A DNA stretch of 64,000 bases, taken from assembly GCF_037042905.1 (NCBI RefSeq), contig NC_087251.1, positions 44,332,001 to 44,396,000 on the forward strand. The letters are read 5' to 3'. The DNA is from Lytechinus pictus (taxonomy: Eukaryota). Positions within the stretch are counted from its first letter, which is position 1. Each line of letters begins with the position of its first letter. Below the pieces are notes generated by a model. That model was not told the DNA's origin. It saw nothing but the letters and a program-made list of their open reading frames with translations, and made no database searches. The position numbers and the translations under genes were made by a program. This document shows positions 1-13,329 of the stretch, in pieces.

Positions 1-885
1 CTAATTTTGTCTGAAGGAGAGCAGCAATAGACATCCTACTTCGATCGTTGAACGGGCTTAGTCCTACAACATCGTTGGAGTGAACTAAACTAGTCTACAG
101 TATATGGTGAATAAATCTTTACTTTCAAATACATACTTGTATGAATTATTTTTGTGGGGCAGCTAAACATTCACTGATACATTTCTAATTTATGAGCAAT
201 TTACTGAAAAATTAAAACAATTACAAAAAATTAATACATGAGGTATATCTGCAAGAAGTATTTGTGCGAAATTCTTTACCAAAAAAAAAGAGCGAACCCT
301 GTTATCAGCAACCAAAATGAAGACAATTGAATTCAGATCAGTGATGCAACATAACATGAGAGCTCCCCACAAAGGAAGCCCCTGACTAGCAAATTTGGTT
401 TGATAATTTTTGATTACCTACAAATAAAATTAATAACTTCCTAATCTTTTATCGAATTATGCTCACATTCTGTTTCTCCTATTGTCTGATTTATCACAGG
501 CAGCATGATACTAAGAGAGACTTCCCTCAAATTAAAAGTGATAAAGTCTGCTTGCTACTTGAATTATAGTAGGCAGACCTCATACGGACGGACGGACGTA
601 CAGTAATCTTCAGAATCAGCATTAATACTTCTTACCACACTGGAGTAAGAACAGGTGCACAAAAATACTTTCTGAAGAAATTGACCCACCCCAAATATAT
701 ACATGAATATATTAATGTATATATTTTTCAAACTAGTGCTATCTTCTATGACATAGCTACAACAATTTCAATGGAAGGGATTCAAAGTGAAAGAAAAATG
801 GAAGACAATTGAAAATGTATTTTTGTTAATCATCATTATACATATTTGATTTCAAGGAATATCCCTAACAATTCAATCACTCCTC

Positions 886-1019
886 GGTAGTGTTTCCTGA
901 AGCAAATAGTCAAGAATTTTCACTGACTAATTTGTTCGAAGCCAATCAGATGCAAGGATTTCAGTAGCTTTTAACAATTTAAGTGAAAATCACTAACTCT
1001 TTGTTTCATGAAATGCTCC
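886..1019. mobile_element. Short Harbinger-like MITE (family with GTTTCATGAA-type TIRs); relatives at about 3716-3815, 4839-4991 and 36905-37044
   Basis: Terminal inverted repeats and a shared core GCCAATCAGATGCAAGGATTTCAGTAGCTT in several copies. Confidence 0.65.
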
Positions 1020-1052
1020 TTTGGGTATATCTGCACGAAAACCCAAACTCAC

Positions 1053-1310
1053 CTTCAAGAGCTGGTGGATCTTATCCACCGGGAGGACAAGGGGTGCCTT
1101 CTTGCGCCCCTTCTCCAGAGCCAGCCGGGCGTCGTTGATGGCCCACTGGTCGATGGGGCGAGGGAAGGTCTTCTGGACCCTGTCCTCGATGTCGTGGACG
1201 TTGTGGGGCTGGACGCTGCACAGCATGTTGAGGAGGCAGATGATGAGGCTTTCGATGTATTCCAGGGAGTCCTCATCGGCCTGCAGAGTGGAGTGGACCT
1301 GCTGCTGCAC
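1053..1310 (-). CDS. SOS: Son of sevenless (Ras GEF) coding exon 2, N-terminal histone-fold domain; gene continues beyond left edge
   Basis: 258 nt, phase 0/0, CAG acceptor and GTGAGT donor. Translates [86 protein letters not shown], closely matching recalled human SOS1 VQGQVHPTL...SFPHPIDKWAIADA...LPVEKIHPLLK. Confidence 0.95.
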
Positions 1311-1588
1311 CTGTACAGAGGGTGGGAGGAGACAGCGGAAGAGAGATTATTTTATTTATTATTTTATTTTTTTTACCGTGGTCACCCTTTCAGTTATGAA
1401 AAGTGCTAAACAGTCCCTTTATCACAAAGTAAAACACGTCAAACATCAATTCGTTAAGTACACTAATAACAAAAAATTAACGAAGCATAATACTGAAATG
1501 AGAGAAATGAAGACTTAAATACTATTTAACAAATATTCTATGTGGGGGTAATCAAATTGCAATAATTTGAAACAAATTAAGTAGATTT

Positions 1589-2090
1589 AACTAGTGGAAC
1601 GCCTCTGGCAGTCTCGCCTGCATTACACGTTTTGATATAGCAGCAGTGCTGACTTTAAAAACAGCTATTGAATAATTATTCAAAAAAAAAACATTCATAT
1701 GATAATAAAACATTATGTCCATTGACCCAAAATGGCCTTGTGACCTGAAACGTGCACAGGATACTCTGGGATACATGGTTGCTCTTATTTCAAAGTTTCA
1801 TGAACTAGATCCATAAACTTTTAAAGTTACAATGACAATTCCACAAATACCCCAAATATAACCAAAGTTTGTTGACCCTAATTGACCTTTAACCTTGGCC
1901 ATGTGACCTGAAACCTGCACAGGACCTTTAGGGATACTTGATTACCCTTATGTCCAAGTTTCAATAACTAGGTCCATATACTTTCTAAGTTACGATGACA
2001 TGGTTAAGATTCCAATGTTGACCAACGCCGCCACCGCCATCGGAAAAGCGGCGCCTATAGTCTCACTCTGCTATACAGGCGAGACAAAAA
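1589..2090. mobile_element. Helentron-associated non-autonomous element (HINE)-like, with internal tandem repeats
   Basis: Starts AACTAG; subterminal inverted repeats GTCTCGCCTG (1611) and CAGGCGAGAC (2076-2085); 3' stem-loop then A-run; two internal units of about 165 bp containing GTGACCTGAAAC...AAGTTTCA. Confidence 0.5.
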
Positions 2091-2400
2091 TCACGATTGA
2101 AAGTGAGAGAGATGGGGAGAGGGTGTGCTGTTAACTGAATTCTAAGACTAGAGCATGAACTTTTTTTCTTAACCATAAATTTCCTACATGAATTTAAACA
2201 ATACCAGCAATGAACGTAATTTCTAGCTATTTGTTGTTAATGTACAATTTAAAAAAAACCATGAAATGTGGAGGTACCATACATGACTTCATGTATAAAT
2301 CAAATAAATAATAGTGTTCTATAGCATTCACCTGCCAATCCATTTCGAAATCATTTTATGACAATACCACACCATGGAATTAATAACAATAAAGAGTACT

Positions 2401-2674
2401 GGGGCCCGTCTTACAAAGAGTTGTGATTGATCCGATCAACCGTAACTATGGAAAGCCAGCAAAGTCAACATATAAAATGCATGTTTGTTCAAAAAAAATT
2501 CTAGTAATGAATGTATATTCGTAAATTGATTGATTTCTTGACAATTTGGTGTGTTCTCCCTTGTTTAAAAAGGACATTTTGCAAATTTCCTGTAGAAAAA
2601 ATTATGACACTGGTGGATTTCCATAAAGTTACGATTGATTGGATCAATCACAACTCTTTTTTTGGAGGGGGCCC
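2401..2674. mobile_element. Harbinger-like MITE family A (TIR GGGCCCGTCTTACAAAGAGTT); other copies at about 11170-11436, 27877-28131, 47591-47846 (decayed) and 58086-58362
   Basis: TIRs plus shared internal sequence across 4-5 copies; CWG at several flanks. Confidence 0.8.
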
Positions 2675-3301
2675 TGGCATTACAACCAAATACAAAGCCA
2701 AATTCAGTTTGACTACATTTGAGTGACTTTACATTTGCATAGCAATTTAATATCAATAACCAATGAAAATCATCGATTGTTTGGGTCACATACATATAAA
2801 AGCAAATGGTTGTAACTATTGCATAATGTAATTTTTAGGATTTGAGACAAATTAATATACTATGTATTTAATATTCATAGACCTAGTTTACATACATACA
2901 AGAGAACTTTTGCTGAGCTAGCATCATGATCATTTTTAGATGGTGCATGCGATCTACAAATCTTCATTATTATTAATATCATCATTAATTGATGGCCATA
3001 ATTTCTTACTTTTATTTTAGTATTCATACAAATTCTTGCAAATTGCAATATTGCACATTTTTCATGACATCAGACACACAGCATATATACATACATGTAC
3101 ATAACAAAAAAAATATTGGACGAGCCTTGTAAATAATCTTCAATAACAAGATTCCATGCATATTTTCACAGTTCTCTAAACTTGAGCTTGAATCCAATTA
3201 CCGGTAATACAAATATTTGGGCAAAATCAAATGTAACAATTGATGTGAATGACAATTTAGACTCTTTGTTGAAAGAGCATAAAGACATTCTAGTCGAGAA
3301 C

Positions 3302-3505
3302 TAGTCTACAAATGTAGACCCACATCTGCAGTGTGTGTACCACAGCTGATTCAAGGAGTCTGCATAGCAGACTAGGTCTACTGTGGCTGCAGATGGCTCA
3401 CTTTGCTCGTCCTTTCAGGCTGGTTTGCGAAGCAAACCAGCAGCAGCGCGCTTCGCGCACTGAGATCCCACCTCACGAGCCATTCAGAGTCTGCATAGCA
3501 GACTA
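3302..3505. mobile_element. Non-autonomous element with TAGTCT...AGACTA termini and 9-bp TSD (AcademH-like)
   Basis: Exact direct repeat GTCGAGAAC at 3293-3301 and 3506-3514. Confidence 0.65.
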
Positions 3506-4037
3506 GTCGAGAACAGGGACTCCCTTCACACTAGTAGAGTAGTGTACTTTATAGAATATCAAGAAGTTTAGAGTAATGTACAGTAAATATGCAAGTAAAA
3601 TATTGAAAATAGTAGTAGAAATCTAGGTAAAATAAATAGATGTGATGTGATGATGACCAATGAGTCATAATGGTACTTTATCAGTCAGAGCTTGCTCAAT
3701 TTAAGGATTCTACCAGGGGAGTGTTTCATGAAACAAAGTCATGTTCACTTACAACTGCTATAAGCTACTGAAATCCTTGCATCTGATTGGTTCAGAACAT
3801 ATAGTCAGTGGATATTGGCATTTTGTACTCCTTGAGATGGCAATGTATTGAACATCCTAAATATTTACTGAAACATCCTGCTGCTACATGTAGTTAACTC
3901 TTGATTGCAAACAGAGATGAAGCCCAAGAAATATATGGTTTCCAGTTTCTTCATTTAAAAAACAATCTTGATGTTGTTTATTAATTGCTGGGCCAGAAAT
4001 AGCAGGGTAATTTGAAAATTTTGACTGGTGAAGCCTT

Positions 4038-4515
4038 AGGTGGTTTCAGACTGCCTCGAAGTTCGCCAGTTCCAGGTATTCTCTGATCGGGAAATTTACC
4101 CCGATCAGAAAATACCAGGTATTTTGGCGGTGTGAAAGCAAACTACGCGTAATATCCCCGAAAGAAAATACCCGATAAATAGTAGGTACTTGGCGAAATT
4201 ACGAGAACTTTCGCGGGGATTTTTCCAAGGTCGTGGGTATTTTGGCGGTCTGAAAGCAAATTACGGGAACTTTTAGCCCAGCATGTCGTTGGGTGCGGCG
4301 CCGTGCATGGGTTGCTGCTGGGCTAGTGATTTTGAATTTTGCGCCTTGCTGCTTATCAGACCATACTGCGCATGCTCGTAACTTCAGGAACTTATCCTGA
4401 AGGGTATGTTTCAGGGCGGTGTGAATGCAGGAATAATTAATGGGTATTTTTCAGCCTAAAAAAGTTCTCGTAATTTAACGGGGATTCTTGTGATTGAGGC
4501 GGTTTGAAACCACCT
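4038..4515. mobile_element. MITE with TIR AGGTGGTTTCAGACTGCCTC / GAGGCGGTTTGAAACCACCT
   Basis: About 20-bp imperfect TIRs, with internal GGCGGTNTGAA subrepeats. Confidence 0.7.
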
Positions 4516-6190
4516 CTTGTGACCATATTCATTGCCTTAAAAAGTCCACCCACTGATTACTTCACCAAGAGAGTTATGATACATGTATGCCTAGTAGAAA
4601 GCCCTGGTAATCCAGGCAATGAATTCATTTGAAACGGCAAGGACATCCACAAGTTTCACAAGGCCATGGTCATTCTCGGAATCGAATAGGGCAGTGCCAC
4701 AGTCACACCGGTGAAACCGACTCCGCATTGACCGAAGCCATTGCATGCATCCCTAATAGCAAGTCATCTGTCAGTTTGGGGTGGTTTCATCATGTGAATG
4801 TGCCATTAGCTTGTGCATGTAGTAGGAGGTAAAGGACAGGGCCCTGTTTCATAAAACTTGTAACACAAATAACAAATTTGCAATAACAGTTTCAAGCTAC
4901 CGAAATCGATCAATCTGATTGGCAGATAGTAAACTTGTTAAGGAAGTTGTACATTTGTTATTTAATATAACTTGTCTTTATGAAACGGGACACAGGAGTA
5001 GTTTCACTTATTCTGAGCAGGCCAGAAGACTAGTTCCTGTTGCAATATGGAAATATTTAGGTCGTTTCCTCCTGGTTTATGGGACCTGGTTTTCGTTGCA
5101 AAAGGTGAAAACTTTCTTGTTATGGTAACTTTGCCATAAGTGGTATCTACCATTGGAAACACTGATTTTTTTTATTGGATGCCAAGTCCCGTTTCCATGG
5201 TAAAAACCATCACAGTAAATGTAACTTTGTTTAAAGCAGGGCCCTGGACCTTACTCCAATGAGGAAGATCTCAGACGATTTTATTCTACATTGTAGATGT
5301 GTAATACTCGTTAACTTTCTATCGAGCATTGGTAGTCACTGAATGACTTAAATCTTTGCTCACTCTTACCAATATGTATGTAAGCCTATTGGAAAACTGG
5401 TTGAATTTCAAGCGTGCATGTCTAGCCACAAACTATAGCATTTCGTCATACAATGTCCTAATTCTGTGCATGCGCTTGTCGCATTGCCCAGTTACTAAAA
5501 CGAGTCATTACGCAATTAATTCATACAGTGGTTTGTACGAATGGTGTGAAAGCGCTGATAGTACCAGTCTGCGAAGCCTCCGTTGCGTGCTCGTTCTTTT
5601 ACCAGTCTCCTACCCTACAGGTATAAACCATTGTTTATTGTTGATCCAGCGATCATAAATCATTACACACAATCATTTCTGTCTGCCTTTGCTCAAAGGC
5701 TTGGTGGGATTAGAGGAGTCCAAACTATCAATTATATCATTCAAGTATTCTACCCCCTTTGCCATCACCCAAACAGAAACTAGGCCAAGTTGCAACAAGC
5801 ATTATCATGAGAGTTCTATCATATTGTCTACAACACTGGTATACGGCCTGTCTGTTTTTAAAGGTAATGGTAATATGTCCTTACTGCATGCTCTACACAC
5901 ATGTACTACATATGATCACATGATGCTAATAATATCACATGTTTGGTTATCGGTCGAAGAATTGGGTCCAGCCAAAATATGCTTTAGGTTTAAGTGCTGT
6001 TGTACATGTATACCAAACCTTTCTTCTGAAACTATCTTTCACAAGATATGGGTCTGTTTTGGCAGAATTAGGGTTATAATATATGTATCATACAATAGCG
6101 TAATACAGATTTTCTGTTGTCATACATGTCACTGATTTTACCACAATCAAGCAAAATGACCAAGTGTTTATTATGAATAAACAAAGGAAG

Positions 6191-6221
<31 letters not shown>

Positions 6222-7175
6222 TACTTTTAGGTATTTCCCAGGTATTTCCAAGTATTCCTGGATATTTCTTCATATATTGTATTTCCTCAGTATGGTAATT
6301 TTCCAGTACAGCCAAGTGCCATCTTTCTTCATTATTCACAATAGGCTATAATAAATATTTGTTTATATTCTAAACTCCCAATCAATTCATTGTATATTCA
6401 TTGCCTACTACATCACTTTTGTTATCATTTTCATGTCAACTTTGGAATGAAATTGATTTATATATTTACCATTATAATCATTCATTATATAACTATTATA
6501 GTTGTTATGATTATCACTAGTATCACCCCCACCCTCATTAATAAAATAATCATCACAATCTTTTATGACATCTGGGTGAATTCCAATTCATCTTTCAGAT
6601 TGTTATCCAAAAACAAAAAAAGAGTAACCCATATTTGTTAAGGTCAGGTGGGAGCCAATGGGTGAATAATAAGTGAATTTCTAATGACCTGTCTCCTACA
6701 CTTTGTCTGGTGATATGGTGAGGAGAGCTCGTGTCTACCTTGGGTCTATAAGCCTACGATACCCTGGATCGGCTGGTCAGTAGACAGACAAACCTGTTTC
6801 TATTCTCGGCTGTTTTGCTGTCTGCCGCTTCCCTGGGAGAAGTCACCCAGACTGATTTCATTACCCATCACTTCACAACACAAACTGAATCCACAAGAAA
6901 ACATCTCTGGCTATTGGGGTGTCTTTTTTTCCCTCAAATATTCTGGTTTTAAAATGTGGGTGAACAAAAGATGGCTTTAAAAATAAAGCACCAATTATAT
7001 CATATGATATTTAAAAGCTTTAAAAAAGCTGATTACAGACCCCCCCCCCCCAAAAAAAATGAATAAAAATAAATAAATATTGTGTTTATGGGTTTGAATA
7101 ATAAATAAGAAATTGCATGATTGCAGAATAGAGAATACACTTGCTTATGTACACAATTAATAAATAAATACTTAA

Positions 7176-7812
7176 AGGGATACTACGAGCTGAAGATACT
7201 TATATCTAAATAAATAGAGTAAAATTCACAGAGCAAAATGCTGAAAATTTCATCAAAATTGGATAACAAATAACAAAATTATTGAATTTCAACGTTTAGC
7301 ACTACTGTATTTTGGGAAAAGTTATATGCACATCATCATAAATATTGATAAGGTGGGCTGATGATGTCAAATCCCACTTTCCTTTTTCTTATGTTATTAC
7401 ATGAAAACATAATTGTTTCATTTTTTCATAAATGTGTAAATGATGTGTCTCCATTATGATGAAATAAGTTGCAGCAATAAATAACTAATGCCCTTAATCA
7501 ATTGTCAATCCAATAGTTTTGTTCTTGGTAGAAAAATATTGAATAAACCTAATTTCATGTAATTAAAATATTGAATAAACCTAATTTCATATAATAAAGT
7601 ACAAAAGAACAAGTGGGGATGTGACAACATCAGCCCACCTAATGAATATTCATGAAGACACGCCTAGAACTGTTTCACTAGAATAATGCAAATCTTTAAA
7701 ATTCAATATTTTCGTTATTTTCTATCTGATTTTGATCAAATTTTAAGCATTTTGTTCTGTGAATTTTACTCTATTTATTGAGATGTAAATATCTTCAGCC
7801 CGGAGCATCCCT
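7176..7812. mobile_element. Kolobok-like palindromic MITE family B, copy 1
   Basis: TTAA-AGGG start, long imperfect TIRs, homologous along its length to 12736-13329. Confidence 0.8.
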
Positions 7813-10800
7813 TTATATGGGGGCTTTTGAGAAAATCTATAAATATTAATCCTGTGATTGTTATAAGTAAATATTCAGTGATTGCATCAAACCAAATGAA
7901 AAATATAGCAACACAAAATGGTTTTTAATCAAGGGGCCTCATTTGCCCAATTTCTATGGGGCAAATAAGGCCCTCTGACAACAATGTTTCATGCTCATGA
8001 ATATGCAAATGAGATTAATTAGATCTCATATTTCCAATGGACAATGTAGGTCTACTGTAGACCTTGTATGAGATATCTTATCATGTTTCTACTGCTATGC
8101 ATTAAAAAGATATGAATGGAATTATGGAACAGGGTGCCTTATTTACCCCACTCTCCCCTAATCCCATAAGAATGATCTGATATTAGCCTTATCACTCTAA
8201 ATGATATCACTGTCTTTTGTTTACATCTTGACATCAATGAGAGTAATGTTACGTAACATCTAACAGTACCTCCCAACCCAATGTGCTTAATGTACATGTG
8301 AATGTACATAGCTAATGTCATGATCGTGTTGAAATACATGTATTTCTAAACATTGCACCCTTGTAGGGTCATCATGTTTCTACCTCGAAAGTCCCCACCA
8401 TCTTATTGCTTGAATAGAGGGAAAGAGTAGGCACAGATTCCACAGGAGCCATTTCAAGAGGGAATAAGATGTTTTTCAAAGCTCTATGTGCTGCAATTTC
8501 CTTCTGCATCCCTCCAGAAAACTTTCTAAATTGCCCTGCCATCGCCATGGCAACATTGATGTCATACATCTCTGTGCTCCTTTGACTCTGAACACATCTG
8601 CGCAAACAAGTGTCTGTGTGTATTTGTGGCAGAAGTGCACGTGCTGCTGTAGAGTAGTAGGAGTACAGGAGCAGCAGCAGTAGCGGACGATGGCGGCGAC
8701 AGCGTAGGGGTGACTAATACGTCTGCAGCAGTAATCACCGGATCTAAGATCCAAAATGCTTTGTCATATTTTACTGATTACGTGTGATGGGGTCAAGCTT
8801 TGAGAAACATTAGAGAACACTTAACATCCATCAGGTATTAAAACTTAACTTATAGATTGTTTGTAATTTAATTTTGAGCAAAAATCAGTCTTTTCACTTC
8901 TCTTGAATTTGGATACAGTGTATCTTCATGATTTAAAAACACAAAACACTTTTCATCCTAAAATTTTAACCTACTATTGTTTTTATTCATGTTCATGACA
9001 TATATCAATTTGTATAGTTGTTTTACAGACTTCTAAATATGTAAGCCTCCATGGAGTCTGGAAAAGTATGCCAAAAAAAAAAAAAAAAAAAAACATTTTC
9101 CCAAACATGACACTGTTGACACTTGACAGCCTCAAAATTGACATGACTGGATCAAACTTTAGACGAATCTGTAGTCATTTCACTGTATGACCGTCAATCC
9201 AAAACTTATTCTCTCTATTATTATTATTGTGAAAATACATGTATACATGTATACATGAAGCCACAAACATACTTTGTTTGAATAATAATCTACAAACATA
9301 AATAAGACAGTTATTTCCCCATAATCAAACTCTTGTTAACATAGTATTTCAATATCAGTGTGCCCAAGAGGCAAGAGGTAACTACATCTAGGACATTACT
9401 CTTACTCATCATCGTTTTAACCAAACAGGAGTCTAATTCAAAATAGCCACCAGCCCACACTTCTGAGTCAAACGCAAATGACACTTAAATTGTATTTGTA
9501 CCCCCCCCCCCAAAAAAAAAAGGACATGTGCAATTAATTGCCATTTTTAGTGTAAACAATGTATCTCATGGCAATAATAACAACAGAAATAGCAAGTAAT
9601 AACAGGACGAATAAATAGATTAACTACATGTATAAAGGAGCATAACCAACTTAAGGAAATTGTAGTGTTCAACTTTTGAATGCAAGCAATATTCAAATTG
9701 ATTTCCCCTACCCCCCCCCCTTCCTCCATCAAACTTCCCCTGAAGCAGTGCAATACTCCATACTTCAACAAAATATTCTTTACTGGCATACATGACATAC
9801 ATGTGGAGCCTGCTGTACATAAAGCACACTGGTCTCTTTATCATATCATCAAAGACTGTAATTGTCGAATACATATTATTTGAAAGGAATCACTGAACTC
9901 TACATTTACATAAGCAAGTCATGGAATGCCAAAACACAATCGTTATGCATCTAGGCATTCACAATACCTTTTATTTATTTGTATTACATCAAATTCCATC
10001 TAACAAAATAAAAGAGAGGTGCATTAATAGTCAGTTTCTGGGAAAATCTCTAAGCATCAGCACAAGAAGAATCACAAATTGATTCAGGCTATTTATTAAA
10101 AGCCATTTTCAAAAACAATTCAAAATGTTTCATGTATATCATAACATGCAGACTTAAGAATGACATTGATCAATTTAATTTTATTTTCTACATTTTCTTT
10201 CAAATTTCTTTTGTACCACAGATCTAAAAACAAAATATATTTATTACAAAAACATCTTTGTTCTTAAAGATTGTTTTATCCAATAAATACTAAAAAATAC
10301 AGGTACTAATCTTCATTAGTAAAGTTCTAGATTCATTTCCCTAATTGCCCAAGTAAGACAAAAGTATCATCACAAATCTTGAGATAAACAAAAGTATATT
10401 TGGCGTAAAGAGAATACTACATGTACATGTAAAAGGCAATGTAAAATGATCACATGATCAATAAAACCTGCTGATGAAGAATTGTATTCTTGCAAGTTTG
10501 ATTCAATTGTTTATTTATTCATACATACAAATAAAAGCAATGTTATGGGTATCCAATTCCAAGGTACATGTAGGAGGGCCATGTCATAAAAAAGGCAGAA
10601 TGGTATGTGACATAATAAAATATTGCATGATTTTAACAAATGTGGAGTCAAAGAAGTAATGACCTCTCAGTGTTGTTGTTCTGACTAAAGGCTTGTAAAG
10701 AGGCTGTCACCTGAACATTTCAGCAAATGTACATATGCCAATCTACATGTATGTACTTAGCAAGCCATTTTCTCATTTGATTCTTTAATGATATATTAAG

Positions 10801-11438
10801 TATTCCACCCTTGATATGAAATATTGCCTCTAATTTTCAACCAAGAAGTCAAATTGTTTATTTCAAGAATTTTTTTTCTCTTCACAATGGGTAATTCTTG
10901 ATAAAACAGGATAAGATGATAATATGACTTGCTTATATATATGTACCACCTGAACATTTTAGCAAATGTTTACTGACATTTGTACATGTGTATAGCATGC
11001 TTTTATTTCTAATATAATCCTATGAATGATATTAAGCATTCCATTCTTGATATGAAAATGCAAGAACACTGTGTTCGCAATGGACAATTCTTGATATCAA
11101 GAAATAGGAGTAAAGGAGTGGATGGCTTGCCATACGTATGTCAACATATTTTGCTGCCTAAAACGTCCTGGGCCCTGTCTTCCAAAGAGTTGCAATCGAT
11201 CCAATCAACCTCAACTATATGGAAATCCATCAATGTCATATTTTTTCAGGAAATGTGCACAATATCCTTTGTAAACAACAAAGAAGAGCATACTGAATTA
11301 CCAAGAAAACAACAATATGAAAATACTTCATATAGATCTACAAAACATTTTGAACAAACATGCATTTTAAATGTAGACAATGTTGGCTTTCTATAGTTTT
11401 GGTTTGATTGCATCAATCACAACTGTTTGTAAGACAAA

Positions 11439-11784
11439 CAATGGCAAGGTATGTATACACTAATTACCTTGTTAAAGGCCTGTTACACCTGGACCAGGGG
11501 CCCGTTGCAGAAAGAGTTGCAATCAATCGCAACTCTAAAAATCATGCGCAACTTGATTTTCAACCAATCAACAGCGCGCATTTGGGACTTGCGTTTTTTT
11601 TTTTGGCTTGCATTTAAACGCAACTCTTTCTGCAACGGGCCCAGCAAGTCCCAAGTTGATTGGTTGAAAATCAAGTTGCGCATGATTTTTAGAGTTGCGA
11701 TTGATTGCAACTCTTTCAGCAACGGTCCCCTGGTCCAGGTGTAACAGGCCTTTAACAAGGTAATTAGTGTATACTTTGCCATTG
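11439..11784. repeat. Inverted duplication (arms about 11439-11592 and 11644-11784)
   Basis: Near-identical reverse-complement arms; mirror ORFs in the track (11451+ and 11483-). Confidence 0.9.
11498..11642. mobile_element. Harbinger-like MITE (TIR GGGCCCGTTGCAGAAAGAGTTGC); second copy in opposite orientation at 49781-49925
   Basis: Perfect 23-bp TIRs, CWG flanks and a homologous copy. Confidence 0.8.
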
Positions 11785-12735
11785 ATCAGGAACTACACTG
11801 AGTGGCCATTCCCATCCAGGCACTGAGCTCCCAGGGTAAATGCCATGCATTGCATCTAGTACCATTCATATGCAAATGGCTCTTTATGACAGTGGCTGTG
11901 GTACCCAAGGGGACGTGTTTGCAGATGTGCATACACCATGCTCATCTTGCATAAGTTACGCTTCACACACAGACAGACACAGGAATATTCTTTGTTTACA
12001 TATTTGAGTCGAGCAAATTACTAGATACATGTACTGCGATAGAAAACATTTACAGATCAACATTCTTTGTGAAAGAGCTACATGTACATGTATGTAAATG
12101 CAACATGAAGGCCCTACATGTAAAAACATAAATGTTTCCAATAGACATTACAAGACGAAGAACTCCTATGAGGTATTGGTTACCTACGTATAAGTCCTAC
12201 ATGTACATATTGATTTATATCAACCATTCAAATGAACTTCTATTCATATGTTTTAGGAATTCTTGGTATTGTTTTCAACAAAAATTTTAACTAAAATGCA
12301 AAGAAAGCCGGATGAAAGTCAGGAGTTCTATTGTGTACCTGGAAATTTCAAAAAAAATATCAGGTATTACCAGGAAGGATTGTAGAAGAGGCAGGAAAAA
12401 GTTTAGAAAAGGGGCTCAGTGCAAATCTGCCTAAAAAATGCCCCCAGAGCCCTGGTAAACTTTAAATAAGAGCCCCTGAAAATGCCAATGTGGTCCTTCA
12501 GGGTCCAATGTACATATATGTTCATGTATTCTGGCTGGTGAGCTAAAACAGTAGCCCCAGGAGTAAAAAATTCCTGCAAAAAGTGAATATTAATGATCCC
12601 AGATCAAAAAGAGGATGGTTCATCTGACGCACAAGGAAGAAATGAACTTATTCAATTGTCCAAGCGCAAGGTTCACAGAATTTGAATTAAAAAATACTAC
12701 ATTATCTTTAGGTCATCTAATTCTTGCCTCCTTAA

Positions 12736-13329
12736 GGGGATGGTCCAGGCTGAAAATATTTATATCTAAATAAATAGAGTAAAAGTCACAGAGCAAAATG
12801 CTGAAAATTTCATCAAAATCGGATAACAAATAAAGAAGTTATTGAATTTTAAAGTTTATCAATATTATGTGAAAACAGTTTGTCATGAATATTCATTAAG
12901 TGGGCTGATGATGTCACATCCCCACTTTCCTTTTTTCTTATGTTATTACATGAAATCGTAAATTTTTCATTTTTTTATACATGTGTGAATGTGTGTCCAT
13001 TATGATGAAATAAGTTGCGGCAGTAAATAACTAATGCACTTTATAATCAGTTGTCAATCCAATTGTTTTAGTTCTTGGTAGAAAATTTTTTGAATAACCC
13101 TAATTTCATATAATAAAATACAGAAGAACAAGTGGGGATATGACATCCTCAGCCCACCTAATAATATTCATAAAGACATGCCTTGAACTGTTTCACCGAA
13201 TAATGCAAATTTTTAAGATTCAATAACTTCATTATTTGCTATCCGATTTTGATGAAATTTTCAGCATTTTGCTTTGTGAATTTTACTCTATTTATTGGGA
13301 TATAAATATCTCCAGCCTGGACCATCCCT
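12736..13329. mobile_element. Kolobok-like palindromic MITE family B, copy 2
   Basis: TTAA on both sides, GGGGATGGTCCAGGCTG / CAGCCTGGACCATCCCT termini. Purine-purine termini with TTAA TSD are the Kolobok signature. Confidence 0.8.

Noticed and set aside
1008..1518. Plus-strand ORFs of 133 and 165 aa
   Set aside because: Antisense shadows of the GC-rich SOS exon.
6725..6870. Minus-strand MGNEIS start (myristoylation-like) and a possible 39-nt exon in the SOS intron
   Set aside because: TAG after 22 codons; no donor in a phase compatible with SOS exon 2.
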